DNA of 64,000 bases from Salinispira sp. (GTDB lineage Bacteria > Spirochaetota > Spirochaetia > DSM-27196 > Salinispiraceae), in assembly GCA_965602015.1 (NCBI GenBank), contig OZ271918.1:992001-1056000 (forward strand), in the 5' to 3' direction. Under the pieces are notes generated by a model. That model searched no databases, had not been told where the DNA came from, and saw only the letters and a program-made list of their open reading frames with translations. This document shows positions 17,881 to 27,227 of the stretch, one piece after another. Each line of letters opens with the position of its first letter. The first letter of the stretch is position 1. Position numbers and translations under genes: made by a program.

Positions 17881-18663
17881 TCAGTCGGTGACCCGGGTTG
17901 CCACAGCGTAGTACAGTCTGCGCGGCAGTATGGTCGGCAATGCGGCGATTATCTTATTGAAGAATCCGGGGATCGCGATGATCCGCGGATTTTTTTTGCG
18001 GATATGCTTGAGACTGAAGCGCGCCACATCCTCGGCGCTCTGCCATCGTATGATTCCCGCACTGCGCCGTTCCCGCTCCCATTCCGGGAGTCTGTCGTGG
18101 AAATCCGTGACGGTGAAACCCGGCAGGAGTGCCTGGACGGCAATGCCCGACGGCTTCAGTTCGAGGGCCAGGGATTCGCTGAAACGGGTGAGAAAGCTTT
18201 TACTCGCGCAGTACATGACGGATTTCGGCAGGCTCTGCTGCCCCGCTATTGAACTCACATTGATAACCTGTCCGCCGCCCTGTTCAATCATACCGGGAAT
18301 CAGCCCCCGGCACAGCAAGGCTACGGCCTTGCAATGTACATAAAGCATGCCCATCTGATTTTCCGTGCTGTCGGACAGGAAGTCCCGGCCGGCGCCGTAG
18401 CCGGCGTTGTTAATTAAAAGGTCAATGCCGGTGCGTCGGCCTTCGGCGATTAACGCTTCGACGGTGGCATTATCTCCCAGATCGCCGGTGACCAGCCGAA
18501 GTTCGCCGGCCCCCGATTGCGCGAGTTCGTCCATAAGAGTCCGGAGTTTCTCCTCCCGCCTGCCGTGAAGGATGATGTCCCAGCCTTCCTTCGCCAGGAG
18601 CCGTGCGAACGCCGCGCCGATTCCCGAAGTCGCTCCAGTAACAAGAGCTCTTTTTTGCTTCAT
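17881..18663 (-). CDS. Short-chain dehydrogenase/reductase
   Basis: TGATSGIG, NNAG, YCASK (YxxxK), PG.T.TDF. Confidence 0.92.
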   Translation of the reverse strand: MKQKRALVTGATSGIGAAFARLLAKEGWDIILHGRREEKLRTLMDELAQSGAGELRLVTGDLGDNATVEALIAEGRRTGIDLLINNAGYGAGRDFLSDSTENQMGMLYVHCKAVALLCRGLIPGMIEQGGGQVINVSSIAGQQSLPKSVMYCASKSFLTRFSESLALELKPSGIAVQALLPGFTVTDFHDRLPEWERERRSAGIIRWQSAEDVARFSLKHIRKKNPRIIAIPGFFNKIIAALPTILPRRLYYAVATRVTD

Positions 18664-18711
18664 GCGCTTCCCCTCAGCTCCGCCTCCGGCGCAATCCCGA
18701 TGTTCCCCGCT

Positions 18712-19944
18712 TTATTGGGCACCGGCTGTATCCAGTGCCCGGCTAACATCGGCGATGATGTCGTCAATATGCTCCAGCCCAACGGAAATCCGCACAAACC
18801 CGTCGCTGATTCCCACTGCCAACCGTTCTTCCCGGCTGAGCTTGGAGTGTGTTGTGCTTGCCGGATGGGTGGCGATGCTTCGGCTGTCTCCCAGGTTTGC
18901 CGAGAGGCTGATCATTTCTAATGAGTTAAGGAAGGTCCTGCCTGAATCAAGCCCGCCCCTGAGTTCAAAGCTCACCAGGGCGCCACCCCTGCGCATCTGG
19001 CGACGGGCGGTTTCCCAGGACGGGTGCTCCGGGTCGTGGGGGTACTTCACCGACGCTACCGCCGGGTGCTGTTTTAAGGCTGCGGTAAGCTTTTCCGCAT
19101 TGTCGCAATGCCGGTCCATTCGAACTCCCAGGGTTTCCAGGCTTTTCGAAAGAATCCATGCATTAAAGGGGCTGAGGGCCGGGCCGCTGTGTCGGGCAAA
19201 AAAACGGGCTCGGGAAATGCTCTCGCGGTCACCCAGGAGGGCTCCGCCGATGGCCCGACCCTGGCCGTCAATGAATTTCGTCGCCGAATGACCAACGATG
19301 TGAGCCCCGAAATCAGCGGGATTTTGCAGGTAAGGAGTCGCGAAGCAATTGTCCACGTTAAGCAGAATACCTGCCGCGGCGGCGACTTCCCCGAGCATAT
19401 GCATATCAATGATATCGAGGGTGGGGTTTGACGGGGTTTCGCAAAAAATCATCCGGGTGTTGTCCCGTATGGCGTTTTCCCAGCACCCGCGCGGGTTTTC
19501 CCGGTAGGCTGGGCTGGTAATATCAAGATAGCTGTATTCTATGCCGAAGCGCGGGAGTATTTGGGTGATTATCTGATGAGTACTGCCGAATACCGAGCGG
19601 CTCGCCAGCAGGTGATCGCCTTTATTCAGATAGGACAGGAGACCGACGAACATGGCAGACATACCCGAGGCCAGGGCCAGACCGTCCTCGCAGTTTTCCA
19701 AGCTTGCGAGTTTTTCTATGAACTCGTCTGTGTTTGGGTTGCTGTAGCGGCTGTATATATTTCCATCCCGCTCCTCCGCGAAGAGGGCCCGGGCATCTTC
19801 CGCATCATCGAAGGTGAAGCTCGAGGTCATGTATATCGGCGCGCTGTGTTCCTTCATATTTTTTCGCGGCATCTGCATGCGGATTGCCCGGGTCTCAAAA
19901 TGCCTGTCAGAATGCCCGTCAGATGTGCTTTTCTGTTCACCCAT
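18712..19944 (-). CDS. metZ: O-succinyl/acetylhomoserine sulfhydrylase (trans-sulfuration PLP enzyme)
   Basis: YSRYSNP, ETPSNP, VDNCFATP, HSATKFIDGQGR (PLP Lys), NLGDSRS, HPASTTH. Confidence 0.82.
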   Translation of the reverse strand: MGEQKSTSDGHSDRHFETRAIRMQMPRKNMKEHSAPIYMTSSFTFDDAEDARALFAEERDGNIYSRYSNPNTDEFIEKLASLENCEDGLALASGMSAMFVGLLSYLNKGDHLLASRSVFGSTHQIITQILPRFGIEYSYLDITSPAYRENPRGCWENAIRDNTRMIFCETPSNPTLDIIDMHMLGEVAAAAGILLNVDNCFATPYLQNPADFGAHIVGHSATKFIDGQGRAIGGALLGDRESISRARFFARHSGPALSPFNAWILSKSLETLGVRMDRHCDNAEKLTAALKQHPAVASVKYPHDPEHPSWETARRQMRRGGALVSFELRGGLDSGRTFLNSLEMISLSANLGDSRSIATHPASTTHSKLSREERLAVGISDGFVRISVGLEHIDDIIADVSRALDTAGAQ

Positions 19945-20374
19945 GGCTGGCCCCCGGTTCTGTGTTTTCGATGGTCATATCGTAGGTAATTTCAGCGGAC
20001 TTCTCGAGCATCACGGCGACAGAACAATATTTTTCAACCGCCAACTCTAATGCCCGTCGGCATTTCTCCTCATCCAACCTTCCCCAAAAGCGGTAATGCA
20101 TGTGGATTTTTGTGAAGGGTGAGGGTATGCCTTCGGCCCGTTCAGCGCTCACATCGATCTTTAAATCCTTGAGATCCATGCGTTGTTTGGTGATGATATG
20201 AACCAGATCCATGGCGCTGCAGCTCGCCAGTCCCGCGAGGACGGTTTCCATCGGCCTGAATCCCAAATCCTTGCCCCCCACCGCAGGACCTCCGTCTATA
20301 TCGATGGCGTTGCCCTGGGGGTTTTTGGCGCGAAAGTGCACCGCATTGTTTTGTCGTTCGAGGGTTATGTTCAT
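19937..20374 (-). CDS. OsmC/YhfA family protein
   Basis: GFRPME..LAGLASCSAMD and KYCSV with two conserved Cys. Confidence 0.88.
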   Translation of the reverse strand: MNITLERQNNAVHFRAKNPQGNAIDIDGGPAVGGKDLGFRPMETVLAGLASCSAMDLVHIITKQRMDLKDLKIDVSAERAEGIPSPFTKIHMHYRFWGRLDEEKCRRALELAVEKYCSVAVMLEKSAEITYDMTIENTEPGASHG

Positions 20375-20444
20375 TCGTCCGTCCTGAATGGCATGAATAT
20401 TTTCTTAACTATATGAATCATGTTTAGACTTGTCCAGCATTGAC

Positions 20445-20473
20445 TTGCGCATCGGGTTTTCCGCCAGTACATT
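20445..20473 (+). promoter_or_regulatory. Promoter abutting the cysM start
   Basis: TTGCGC-N17-TACATT-N6-ATG(20480); no SD. Confidence 0.55.
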
Positions 20474-20479
20474 AGAACC

Positions 20480-21382
20480 ATGAATGTGTATACCGTCGAT
20501 CAAATAATCGGGAAAACGCCTCTCGTCAAGCTTCGTACCATGTACAAGGGACCCAACATCATCGCCTGCAAACTCGAGGGAAATAATCCCGGAGGATCGG
20601 TGAAAGACCGGCCGGCCCGGCAGATGATACTTGACGCCGAAGAGGCCGGACGCATATCCCCCGGAGATACCCTTATTGAGGCCACCAGCGGAAATACCGG
20701 CATTGGTTTGGCCATGGTGGCGGCTATCCGCGGTTATACAATGAGACTGATCATGCCCGAGCATATGAGCGCCGAGCGAATTGCCCTGATGAAAGCCTAT
20801 GGAGCCGAGGTGGTGTTAACTCCCCGGGAAAAAAGCATGGAGGGCTCCATCGACCTTGCCCGTGAAATGGAAAGTAGAGGAGAAGGGGTTATTCTCGATC
20901 AGTTTGCAAATCCCTCCAATCCCGAAGCCCATTACCGCAGCACGGCACCGGAGATATGGGACGACACGGACGGCAGGGTCACCCATTTCGTCGCATCTAC
21001 GGGAACAACCGGCACCCTGATGGGCTGTTCACGCTATCTGAAAGAGCGCAACGGGAATATTCAGATCATCGGTGCCCGCCCCGATTCACAAGGAGGCATA
21101 CCGGGAATCCGCGCCTGGCCGGAGGCATACCTTCCGGGTATTTTCGAGAAGGAGCGGCTTGACCGCCTCGTCGAGGTATCAAAAGATCGGGCGGAGCAGA
21201 CCACCCGGCAACTCGCCGCGGAAGAGGGAATTTTTGCCGGCATTTCAAGCGGCGGCAATGTGGCGGTCGCCATGCAGATCGCCCGGGAGTTAGATGACCA
21301 GGGCGTCAGCAATGCAATAATCGTCACCATTATTTGCGACCGGGGAGACCGCTATCTGTCTACCGGGGTTTTTCCCGCCTAG
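20480..21382 (+). CDS. cysM: Cysteine synthase B
   Basis: KLEGNNPGGSVKDR (PLP Lys), EATSGNTG, GTTGT, IPGIRAWP, ICDRGDRYLSTG. Confidence 0.9.
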   Translation: MNVYTVDQIIGKTPLVKLRTMYKGPNIIACKLEGNNPGGSVKDRPARQMILDAEEAGRISPGDTLIEATSGNTGIGLAMVAAIRGYTMRLIMPEHMSAERIALMKAYGAEVVLTPREKSMEGSIDLAREMESRGEGVILDQFANPSNPEAHYRSTAPEIWDDTDGRVTHFVASTGTTGTLMGCSRYLKERNGNIQIIGARPDSQGGIPGIRAWPEAYLPGIFEKERLDRLVEVSKDRAEQTTRQLAAEEGIFAGISSGGNVAVAMQIARELDDQGVSNAIIVTIICDRGDRYLSTGVFPA

Positions 21383-21384
21383 GT

Positions 21385-21561
21385 CAGCAAGCGACGGCCA
21401 AGGGCCGATAACTCCGGAAATGATTCGTCATTTTGCCAACGCGAGCTGTTACCAACAGAAGCTCTTGCTGTTTATATGATGAAAAGAGCGAGGTGTTCCC
21501 TCCTAAGGTTTTGGATTGTGAATGATAAAGGCGGTTTTGGCTTCTTTTCCCGCTTTTTTTT
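21385..21561 (+). ncRNA. Candidate structured small RNA or 3'UTR element (strand uncertain)
   Basis: Closing stem cagcaa(g)/(c)ttgctg around three hairpins, one with a UUCG loop; then a ccctcct tract; then a hairpin with T8 at 21527-21561. Confidence 0.3.
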
Positions 21562-21572
21562 GTCGTTTCCTG

Positions 21573-21619
21573 CGGTCGATGACGGGTCAGAGCCAACCCG
21601 CCGTCGGCCGTTTCTTTTT
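21573..21619 (+). terminator. Intrinsic terminator upstream of the acnA promoter
   Basis: cggtcgatgacgggt/acccgccgtcggccg, 14 of 15 pairs including G-U, followed by tttcttttt. Confidence 0.7.
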
Positions 21620-21625
21620 AAAAGG

Positions 21626-21654
21626 TTGCAGGAGCACAACATGGATATTATTAT
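21626..21654 (+). promoter_or_regulatory. Sigma70-type promoter of acnA
   Basis: TTGCAG-N17-TATTAT; AAGGAG SD before the ATG at 21738. Confidence 0.6.
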
Positions 21655-21737
21655 GAGAGTACTAAATACCCGAGCGTTTTTATAAAATACTGAAACACAC
21701 CAGCGGCAACCCGCCGCAACGCGCCAAAGGAGAATCA

Positions 21738-24446
21738 ATGTCATATTCCGATGTATTTGGAGTGCTGAAAGAGTTCAGCGCAGGGGGAAAAACCGTACAG
21801 TACTTTTCCCTGCCGGAGCTTGCCAAAGCCTATCCTCAAATCAACAATTATCCCATCAGCATTAAGGTTCTGCTGGAGTCGGTCCTGCGCAACATCAATG
21901 AAAAGGAAGTGACCAGCGATCATCTCAAAGCCTTTCTGGACTACAATCCCGAAGAGCCGTCTGATGTGGAAATTCCCTACACACCCGCCAGGGTTTTGCT
22001 GCAGGATTTTACCGGGGTTCCCTGCGTAGTTGATCTGGCCGCGCTTCGTTCGGCCATGGAGAGAATGGGCGGAGATCCCTCTCGGATAAATCCCCAACTA
22101 CCGGTTAATTTGATAATCGACCATTCGGTAAGCATTGATTTTTACGGTCACACCGATGCCTTCCGCAAGAATGCCGAAAGGGAGTTCGAGCGGAACCGGG
22201 AGCGCTACGAGTTCCTGCGCTGGGGACAGGGCGCCCTGGAGAATTTCCACGTGGTGCCGCCGGCGAGCGGAATTTGCCATCAGGTCAACCTTGAGTACCT
22301 GGGAAAGGTGGCCCAGACCAAAAGCGAAGGCGGCAAAAACTATGCGTATTTCGATACCCTGGTCGGAACCGACAGCCATACAACTATGATAAACGGTCTG
22401 GGGATACTCGGATGGGGAGTAGGGGGTATTGAGGCTGAAGCGGCAATGCTCGGCCAGCCCATTTACATGCTGGCTCCTCCGGTGGTGGGAGTGAAGCTTA
22501 TCGGCAGCCTGCCGCGGGGTACCACCGCAACCGACCTGGTGCTCCGGGTTACTGAATTGCTGCGGGCCCACGGCGTTGTGGGGAAAATCGTTGAGTACTT
22601 CGGCCCCGGTCTCGATGTGCTCACGGTACCCGACCGGGCGACCCTCGCAAACATGGCACCGGAGTACGGCGCCACCGCCGGTTTTTTCCCCGTCGATAAA
22701 CAGACCCTCGATTACATGTACAACACCGGCAGGGACTCGGTAGTGCTGGAAATCGCCGAAGCCTATTGCCGAGCCCAGGGCGTTTTTCGGGATGATTCCA
22801 TTGCCGAGGCAAAGTACGAAGCGGTTCTCGAGCTCGATCTCAACAGCATTGTTCCGGCCATCGCCGGTCCTAAACGACCCCAGGACCGAATTGACCTAAA
22901 AAATGTAGCTCCGGAGTTTGACCGGCTGATGTCAGCCCCCATAAAAAGCGGAGGCTTCGAAGAACCCGCCGACAAGCTGCAAACCAAGGTGAAGGTCTCT
23001 CTGTCCAACGGCGAAGAGGTGGAGATGACCCATGGCGACGTGGTCATCGCCTCCATAACCAGCTGCACCAATACCTCAAACCCGTCGGTTCTTATGGGTG
23101 CCGGACTGTTGGCAAAAAAGGCCGTGGAAAAGGGGCTGCAGAGCAAGCCCTTTGTCAAAACTTCATTTGCGCCTGGTTCGGTAGTGGTTACCGAGTACTT
23201 AAAAACCGCCGGGCTCATGCCCTATCTTGAGAAACTCGGTTTTCACCTGGTGGGTTACGGCTGCACCACTTGTATTGGCAACTCGGGTCCCCTGCCGGAG
23301 GAAATCTCCGCCGCAATAGAGGAAAACGGTCTGGTGGCGGCGGCGGTTCTCTCAGGAAACAGAAACTTCGAGGGGCGGGTAAACCCGAGCACCAGGGCCA
23401 ATTTCTTGGCTTCCCCGCCGCTCTGCGTAGCCTATGCCATTGCGGGGAACATGAATGTCAATCTCGAAACCGATCCCCTGGGAACCGGAAGCGACGGCCA
23501 GCCGGTGTATCTTAAGGACATCTGGCCCAGCAATGAGGAGCTGGCGGATTACGTCTCAAAGGCCATGGACCGGGAATCATTTCGGAAAAGCTACGGCGGC
23601 ATCGAGGAAAGCAATCCCCAGTGGAATGAAATTGAGCTCAGCTCATCCCAGGTGTACGGCTGGAAAGAAGAGTCCACCTATATTCAGGAGCCGCCGTTTT
23701 TCGTCGATATGCCCATCGAGGTAAAACCCATCGAGGCTATTCATTCAGCTCAGGTGCTCGTTAAGGTCGGCGATTCGGTGACCACAGATCATATCAGCCC
23801 CGCGGGAGTCATTGCGCCGGACAGTCCGGCAGGCAGCTATCTCGGCGAGAAGGGGGTCAAGCGGTTTGATTTCAACTCCTACGGAAGCCGGCGGGGTAAT
23901 GACCGAATCATGACCCGGGGAACCTTCGCGAACATCAGACTGCGGAACCAGCTCGCGCCGGGAACCGAAGGAAGCTGGACGGTCCATCATCCCTCGGGCG
24001 AGCAGATGAGCATCTACGAAGCCAGCCTGAAGTACAAGGAAGCCGGCACCCCGACCATCGTCCTGGCAGGCAAGGACTACGGCATGGGTTCGAGCCGGGA
24101 CTGGGCTGCCAAAGGGGTGTATCTGCTCGGCGTCAAAGCAGTCATCGCCGAGAGCTTTGAGCGAATCCACAGAAGCAACCTTATCGGTATGGGCGTCCTC
24201 CCGCTTATGTATCAACCCGGGGAAACTGCCGAAAGCCTTGGTTTAAACGGTGATGAGCAATTTACCGTACACGTAGGCGACAAGGTACAGCCTAAAGAGC
24301 TGATTCATGTGGAAGCCGTGGCTCCAGACGGCAAAAAAACCGAGTTCAAGGCGATTTGCCGCATTGACAGCTCCGTGGAGGTTGAATACTACCGAAACGG
24401 CGGCATCCTTCACACGGTGTTGAGGAACTTTATAAAAAACAGCTAG
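21738..24446 (+). CDS. acnA: Aconitate hydratase A
   Basis: RVLLQDFTGVP, GTDSHTTM, ITSCTNTSNP, GYGCTTCIGNSG, SGNRNFEGR, GSSRDWAAKG. Confidence 0.97.
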   Translation: MSYSDVFGVLKEFSAGGKTVQYFSLPELAKAYPQINNYPISIKVLLESVLRNINEKEVTSDHLKAFLDYNPEEPSDVEIPYTPARVLLQDFTGVPCVVDLAALRSAMERMGGDPSRINPQLPVNLIIDHSVSIDFYGHTDAFRKNAEREFERNRERYEFLRWGQGALENFHVVPPASGICHQVNLEYLGKVAQTKSEGGKNYAYFDTLVGTDSHTTMINGLGILGWGVGGIEAEAAMLGQPIYMLAPPVVGVKLIGSLPRGTTATDLVLRVTELLRAHGVVGKIVEYFGPGLDVLTVPDRATLANMAPEYGATAGFFPVDKQTLDYMYNTGRDSVVLEIAEAYCRAQGVFRDDSIAEAKYEAVLELDLNSIVPAIAGPKRPQDRIDLKNVAPEFDRLMSAPIKSGGFEEPADKLQTKVKVSLSNGEEVEMTHGDVVIASITSCTNTSNPSVLMGAGLLAKKAVEKGLQSKPFVKTSFAPGSVVVTEYLKTAGLMPYLEKLGFHLVGYGCTTCIGNSGPLPEEISAAIEENGLVAAAVLSGNRNFEGRVNPSTRANFLASPPLCVAYAIAGNMNVNLETDPLGTGSDGQPVYLKDIWPSNEELADYVSKAMDRESFRKSYGGIEESNPQWNEIELSSSQVYGWKEESTYIQEPPFFVDMPIEVKPIEAIHSAQVLVKVGDSVTTDHISPAGVIAPDSPAGSYLGEKGVKRFDFNSYGSRRGNDRIMTRGTFANIRLRNQLAPGTEGSWTVHHPSGEQMSIYEASLKYKEAGTPTIVLAGKDYGMGSSRDWAAKGVYLLGVKAVIAESFERIHRSNLIGMGVLPLMYQPGETAESLGLNGDEQFTVHVGDKVQPKELIHVEAVAPDGKKTEFKAICRIDSSVEVEYYRNGGILHTVLRNFIKNS

Positions 24447-24464
24447 AGTCCGCACAAAATTCTG

Positions 24465-24496
24465 CCCCGCGGTCCCAAAGGATCGCGGGGTTTTTT
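24465..24496 (+). terminator. Intrinsic terminator of acnA
   Basis: ccccgcggtcc-caaa-ggatcgcgggg followed by tttttt. Confidence 0.85.
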
Positions 24497-24902
24497 ACAT
24501 GCCCAGCATTTCCAGGTTTTTCCGCCGGTGGTATGCCAGGGCGGCGGAGATACAGCAGATCAGGGCTTCAGTCGGAAGGCGTTCTTTTATGTTGAGGAGA
24601 ATTGCCCGGTTTCCCGAAAATGCCAAAGCGTCGCCGAACACCACGCGAAAGGTGGATACCAGTTTGCTGCCGCAGGAAAAGAACACTCCCAGCACCTCAG
24701 GGGTATCTTCCTTCCAGGCAACTCTGACCGGGCTTCCCTCCCGGGTTACAAAGCTCGGCTCGCCCCATTTCAGAAGCTCTTGCACGTCTCCATGCCCGTC
24801 CCGGGCAGCGGTTTCATGGATCAGATTTCTGACCTTCTCTGCCATTTTCCCGGCTTGCGGCGGGTAGCTGTCAAATATTTTGCTGATTCTCTTATCCTTC
24901 AT
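24495..24902 (-). CDS. DUF1801 (YdhG-like) protein
   Basis: LKWGEPSF, GSPVR..WK, FSGNRAI, ALAYH. Confidence 0.8.
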   Translation of the reverse strand: MKDKRISKIFDSYPPQAGKMAEKVRNLIHETAARDGHGDVQELLKWGEPSFVTREGSPVRVAWKEDTPEVLGVFFSCGSKLVSTFRVVFGDALAFSGNRAILLNIKERLPTEALICCISAALAYHRRKNLEMLGM

Positions 24903-24950
24903 GACTGCCTCCTGAAAATACCGCCCGGTGGCTCCGGGCGGCGGGTAGTC

Positions 24951-25457
24951 CTATTGTACGCCGATAACAATTCTGAACTGACTTTCGTCGGGCTTTACAT
25001 CCTCAAGCCGGTATACTTCATAGTCCACTGCAAAGCGGCGACGACGTCTGAAATCCTCGGAAGCCCAAACTTTCTGCCAGGTCTCCAACCCGATTTTGTC
25101 AAATGGCCCCCGGGGAGTTAAAATCTCGAGATATTCACCGGCGGGAACGGTTATGCCGATCATGCCCTCCGGCACTCCGGCGGAGTCGGCGACCCGGGTT
25201 CCGAGAAAAAAATTGTAGGGCCCCCTATCATCGCTTTCAATGTCGTGATACACGGCGATAATTTCCTGCTCATCGATGCGATTCGGAATCTGATCGTACA
25301 TCTTTTCCGTGAGAAATTTTCGCCATAAATCGGGAATCACTCCATCGCCTTGCATCTCGTTGATATTCGATGTTCTGGCTGAGATTCCGATTATGTGCAT
25401 AGCCTCTTTGTAGGAGGCCCTTCCAAAGTCCTTCAACTCATCAATGTTCTTTTTCAT
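24951..25457 (-). CDS. Stand-alone GyrI-like small-molecule-binding protein
   Basis: IIGISARTSN, IPDLWRKF, VPAGEY, TWQKVW, DYEVY. Confidence 0.85.
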   Translation of the reverse strand: MKKNIDELKDFGRASYKEAMHIIGISARTSNINEMQGDGVIPDLWRKFLTEKMYDQIPNRIDEQEIIAVYHDIESDDRGPYNFFLGTRVADSAGVPEGMIGITVPAGEYLEILTPRGPFDKIGLETWQKVWASEDFRRRRRFAVDYEVYRLEDVKPDESQFRIVIGVQ

Positions 25458-25553
25458 ACCCTATCCTCTTATTGCATGTTCTCAAGCTTGATGGTTCGAG
25501 GATAATAAAACGGGAAATCAGAATCCTGATAATTTGTGCTGAATGTGAAGGGT

Positions 25554-26450
25554 TTATTTGATGGGAATGTAAATCTCGGAAACCGGTGATGAGGAGAAGA
25601 AACGGTCGTCAAATACATCGAAATCGACGCTGTAGTCCCGTTCATATCCGCCGTTCGGCATCCAGTTTCCGTATATATAATTCCAACCGGCGATTATTTC
25701 CTCATCAGAGGAGCCCGGAACAGTGAACACCATGTATTTGCAGGGCTTTACGCTGATAAGCCGATAGGCATTTACATCTTCCGGATCCGACTCGAGAAAA
25801 CGTCGGGGATCGGAGCCAGCGTTTTTCTGTACCGGACAGCCGAGAAGTATGGTGAAATTTTCTTCGTAATCCCAATCGAAGTACACCCCATAGTTAGCAC
25901 CTTCGATCCGATTGACGATGTTGCGGTCAAGGCCCTTCCCGTAAAAATCCCGCCATGCCATGGGAACGTCCCGTTCATTGCGCTTGTCCCGCATGCTTGT
26001 GCGGTAGGTCTTGCCAAAAAGCGTAATTGACGCCCTGCTTGCCGGATAAAACTCGATATCTCCCTGTTTATATAGCACAGCGGAATTTCTTTCTCGAAGG
26101 TCCATCGGGGGAAAGATACGGTGCTCAAGCCGCTGCTTTACCTCGCTCGGCGAGAAGCCGTACTCCGCCTGGAAGGCACGGGCAAAGGCCTCGGGCGACC
26201 CGTACTGATATTTGAGCGCCACATCGATTACCCTGGCTCCCTTCATCAGGAGTTCGGACCCGGCTTCCGCCAGCCTTCGGCGCTTGACATATGCATACAA
26301 TGAGTATCCGGTCACGAGCCTGAAGATTCGCTGGAAATGCCAGCGCGACTGGAATGCCGCCCGGCTGACATCTTCAATGGTAAACGGCTCGCAAAGGTTA
26401 TTCTCCACGAACTCCAGGGCCCTGTGTATTGCGGCGTAATAATCGACCAT
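25554..26450 (-). CDS. AraC-family regulator with a C-terminal GyrI-like domain (Rob-like)
   Basis: HFQRIF, RRL, IDVALKYQYGSPEAFARAF HTH; C-terminal WNYIYGNWMP...DFDVF. Confidence 0.92.
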   Translation of the reverse strand: MVDYYAAIHRALEFVENNLCEPFTIEDVSRAAFQSRWHFQRIFRLVTGYSLYAYVKRRRLAEAGSELLMKGARVIDVALKYQYGSPEAFARAFQAEYGFSPSEVKQRLEHRIFPPMDLRERNSAVLYKQGDIEFYPASRASITLFGKTYRTSMRDKRNERDVPMAWRDFYGKGLDRNIVNRIEGANYGVYFDWDYEENFTILLGCPVQKNAGSDPRRFLESDPEDVNAYRLISVKPCKYMVFTVPGSSDEEIIAGWNYIYGNWMPNGGYERDYSVDFDVFDDRFFSSSPVSEIYIPIK

Positions 26451-26657
26451 ACAGAATAAGCTTAGCGGTTTTTTCGCGTAATGTCTTATTCCGTTGGTAG
26501 TGCCCCGAAAACAGCTGATTTAAATTAGCTATACATTTTCCGGGACAGGATTTACCTGCCGTTCTTTGGCTGTGTTGCCACAATAAAAAAAAAGCAGTTT
26601 TTCTCGTCCTGACTGTAATTATTCTCGACTATTGGGCAAGTATACCGGTAAGCAGAT

Positions 26658-27227
26658 ATGAGAAAATACTTTCGAAATGATAATCAGGCCGACGGGAGCA
26701 CTGCCTTGAACTACCTTTTTGAAGAATACGGGAGGCGAATGTACACTTACCTCCGTTACCATTGCAGTTCCCCGGAAGAAGCGGAGGATCTCACCGGAGA
26801 TGTTTTTGAACAGGCCTTGAGATCTTTCGGCTCATATGATCCGACAAAGGGATCTGTTTCTTCATGGCTATACGGTATTGCACGACACCGCCTCGCCCGT
26901 CATCGGCTTACATCAAAGCATGATTCTAATCGGAGAGAGTATGTCGAAGAAAAGGTCATTGCCAAAACACTTACTCCTGAAGAAAAGGCAGTGTTGTCCG
27001 AGAGGCAGCTGATGGTGATAGAGGGAATGAAGCAACTGCCAGGTCAAATCAGGGATGCCGTGGCAATGCGGTTTATGGCAGGGCTGACGAACAGCGAAAT
27101 ATCAAAAATAACCGGTATTTCCCCAGCTCATGTGGCCGTGCGTGTTCATAGGGGTCTTCGGGCATTGCGAAAAAAATTTAGATCGGAGGAAAACGATGAA
27201 GGAATACAAGGCGGAAGCGGCCGATAA
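26658..27227 (+). CDS. ECF sigma-70 factor
   Basis: AEDLTGDVF, SWLYGIAR (region 2); LTNSEISKITGIS..HVAVRVHRG (region 4). Confidence 0.9.
   Translation: MRKYFRNDNQADGSTALNYLFEEYGRRMYTYLRYHCSSPEEAEDLTGDVFEQALRSFGSYDPTKGSVSSWLYGIARHRLARHRLTSKHDSNRREYVEEKVIAKTLTPEEKAVLSERQLMVIEGMKQLPGQIRDAVAMRFMAGLTNSEISKITGISPAHVAVRVHRGLRALRKKFRSEENDEGIQGGSGR

Noticed and set aside
21385..21470. tRNA-like cloverleaf (7-bp closing stem; minus strand has agct...ttggtaac-agct resembling a D arm)
   Set aside because: No GTTCRA T-loop in the right position, no 7-nt anticodon loop and no CCA. Kept only as a generic structured-RNA candidate.
21384..21744. Short ORFs of 69-90 aa in the cysM-acnA spacer
   Set aside because: They cross terminators and the acnA promoter, lack a well-placed SD and have no protein-like motifs.
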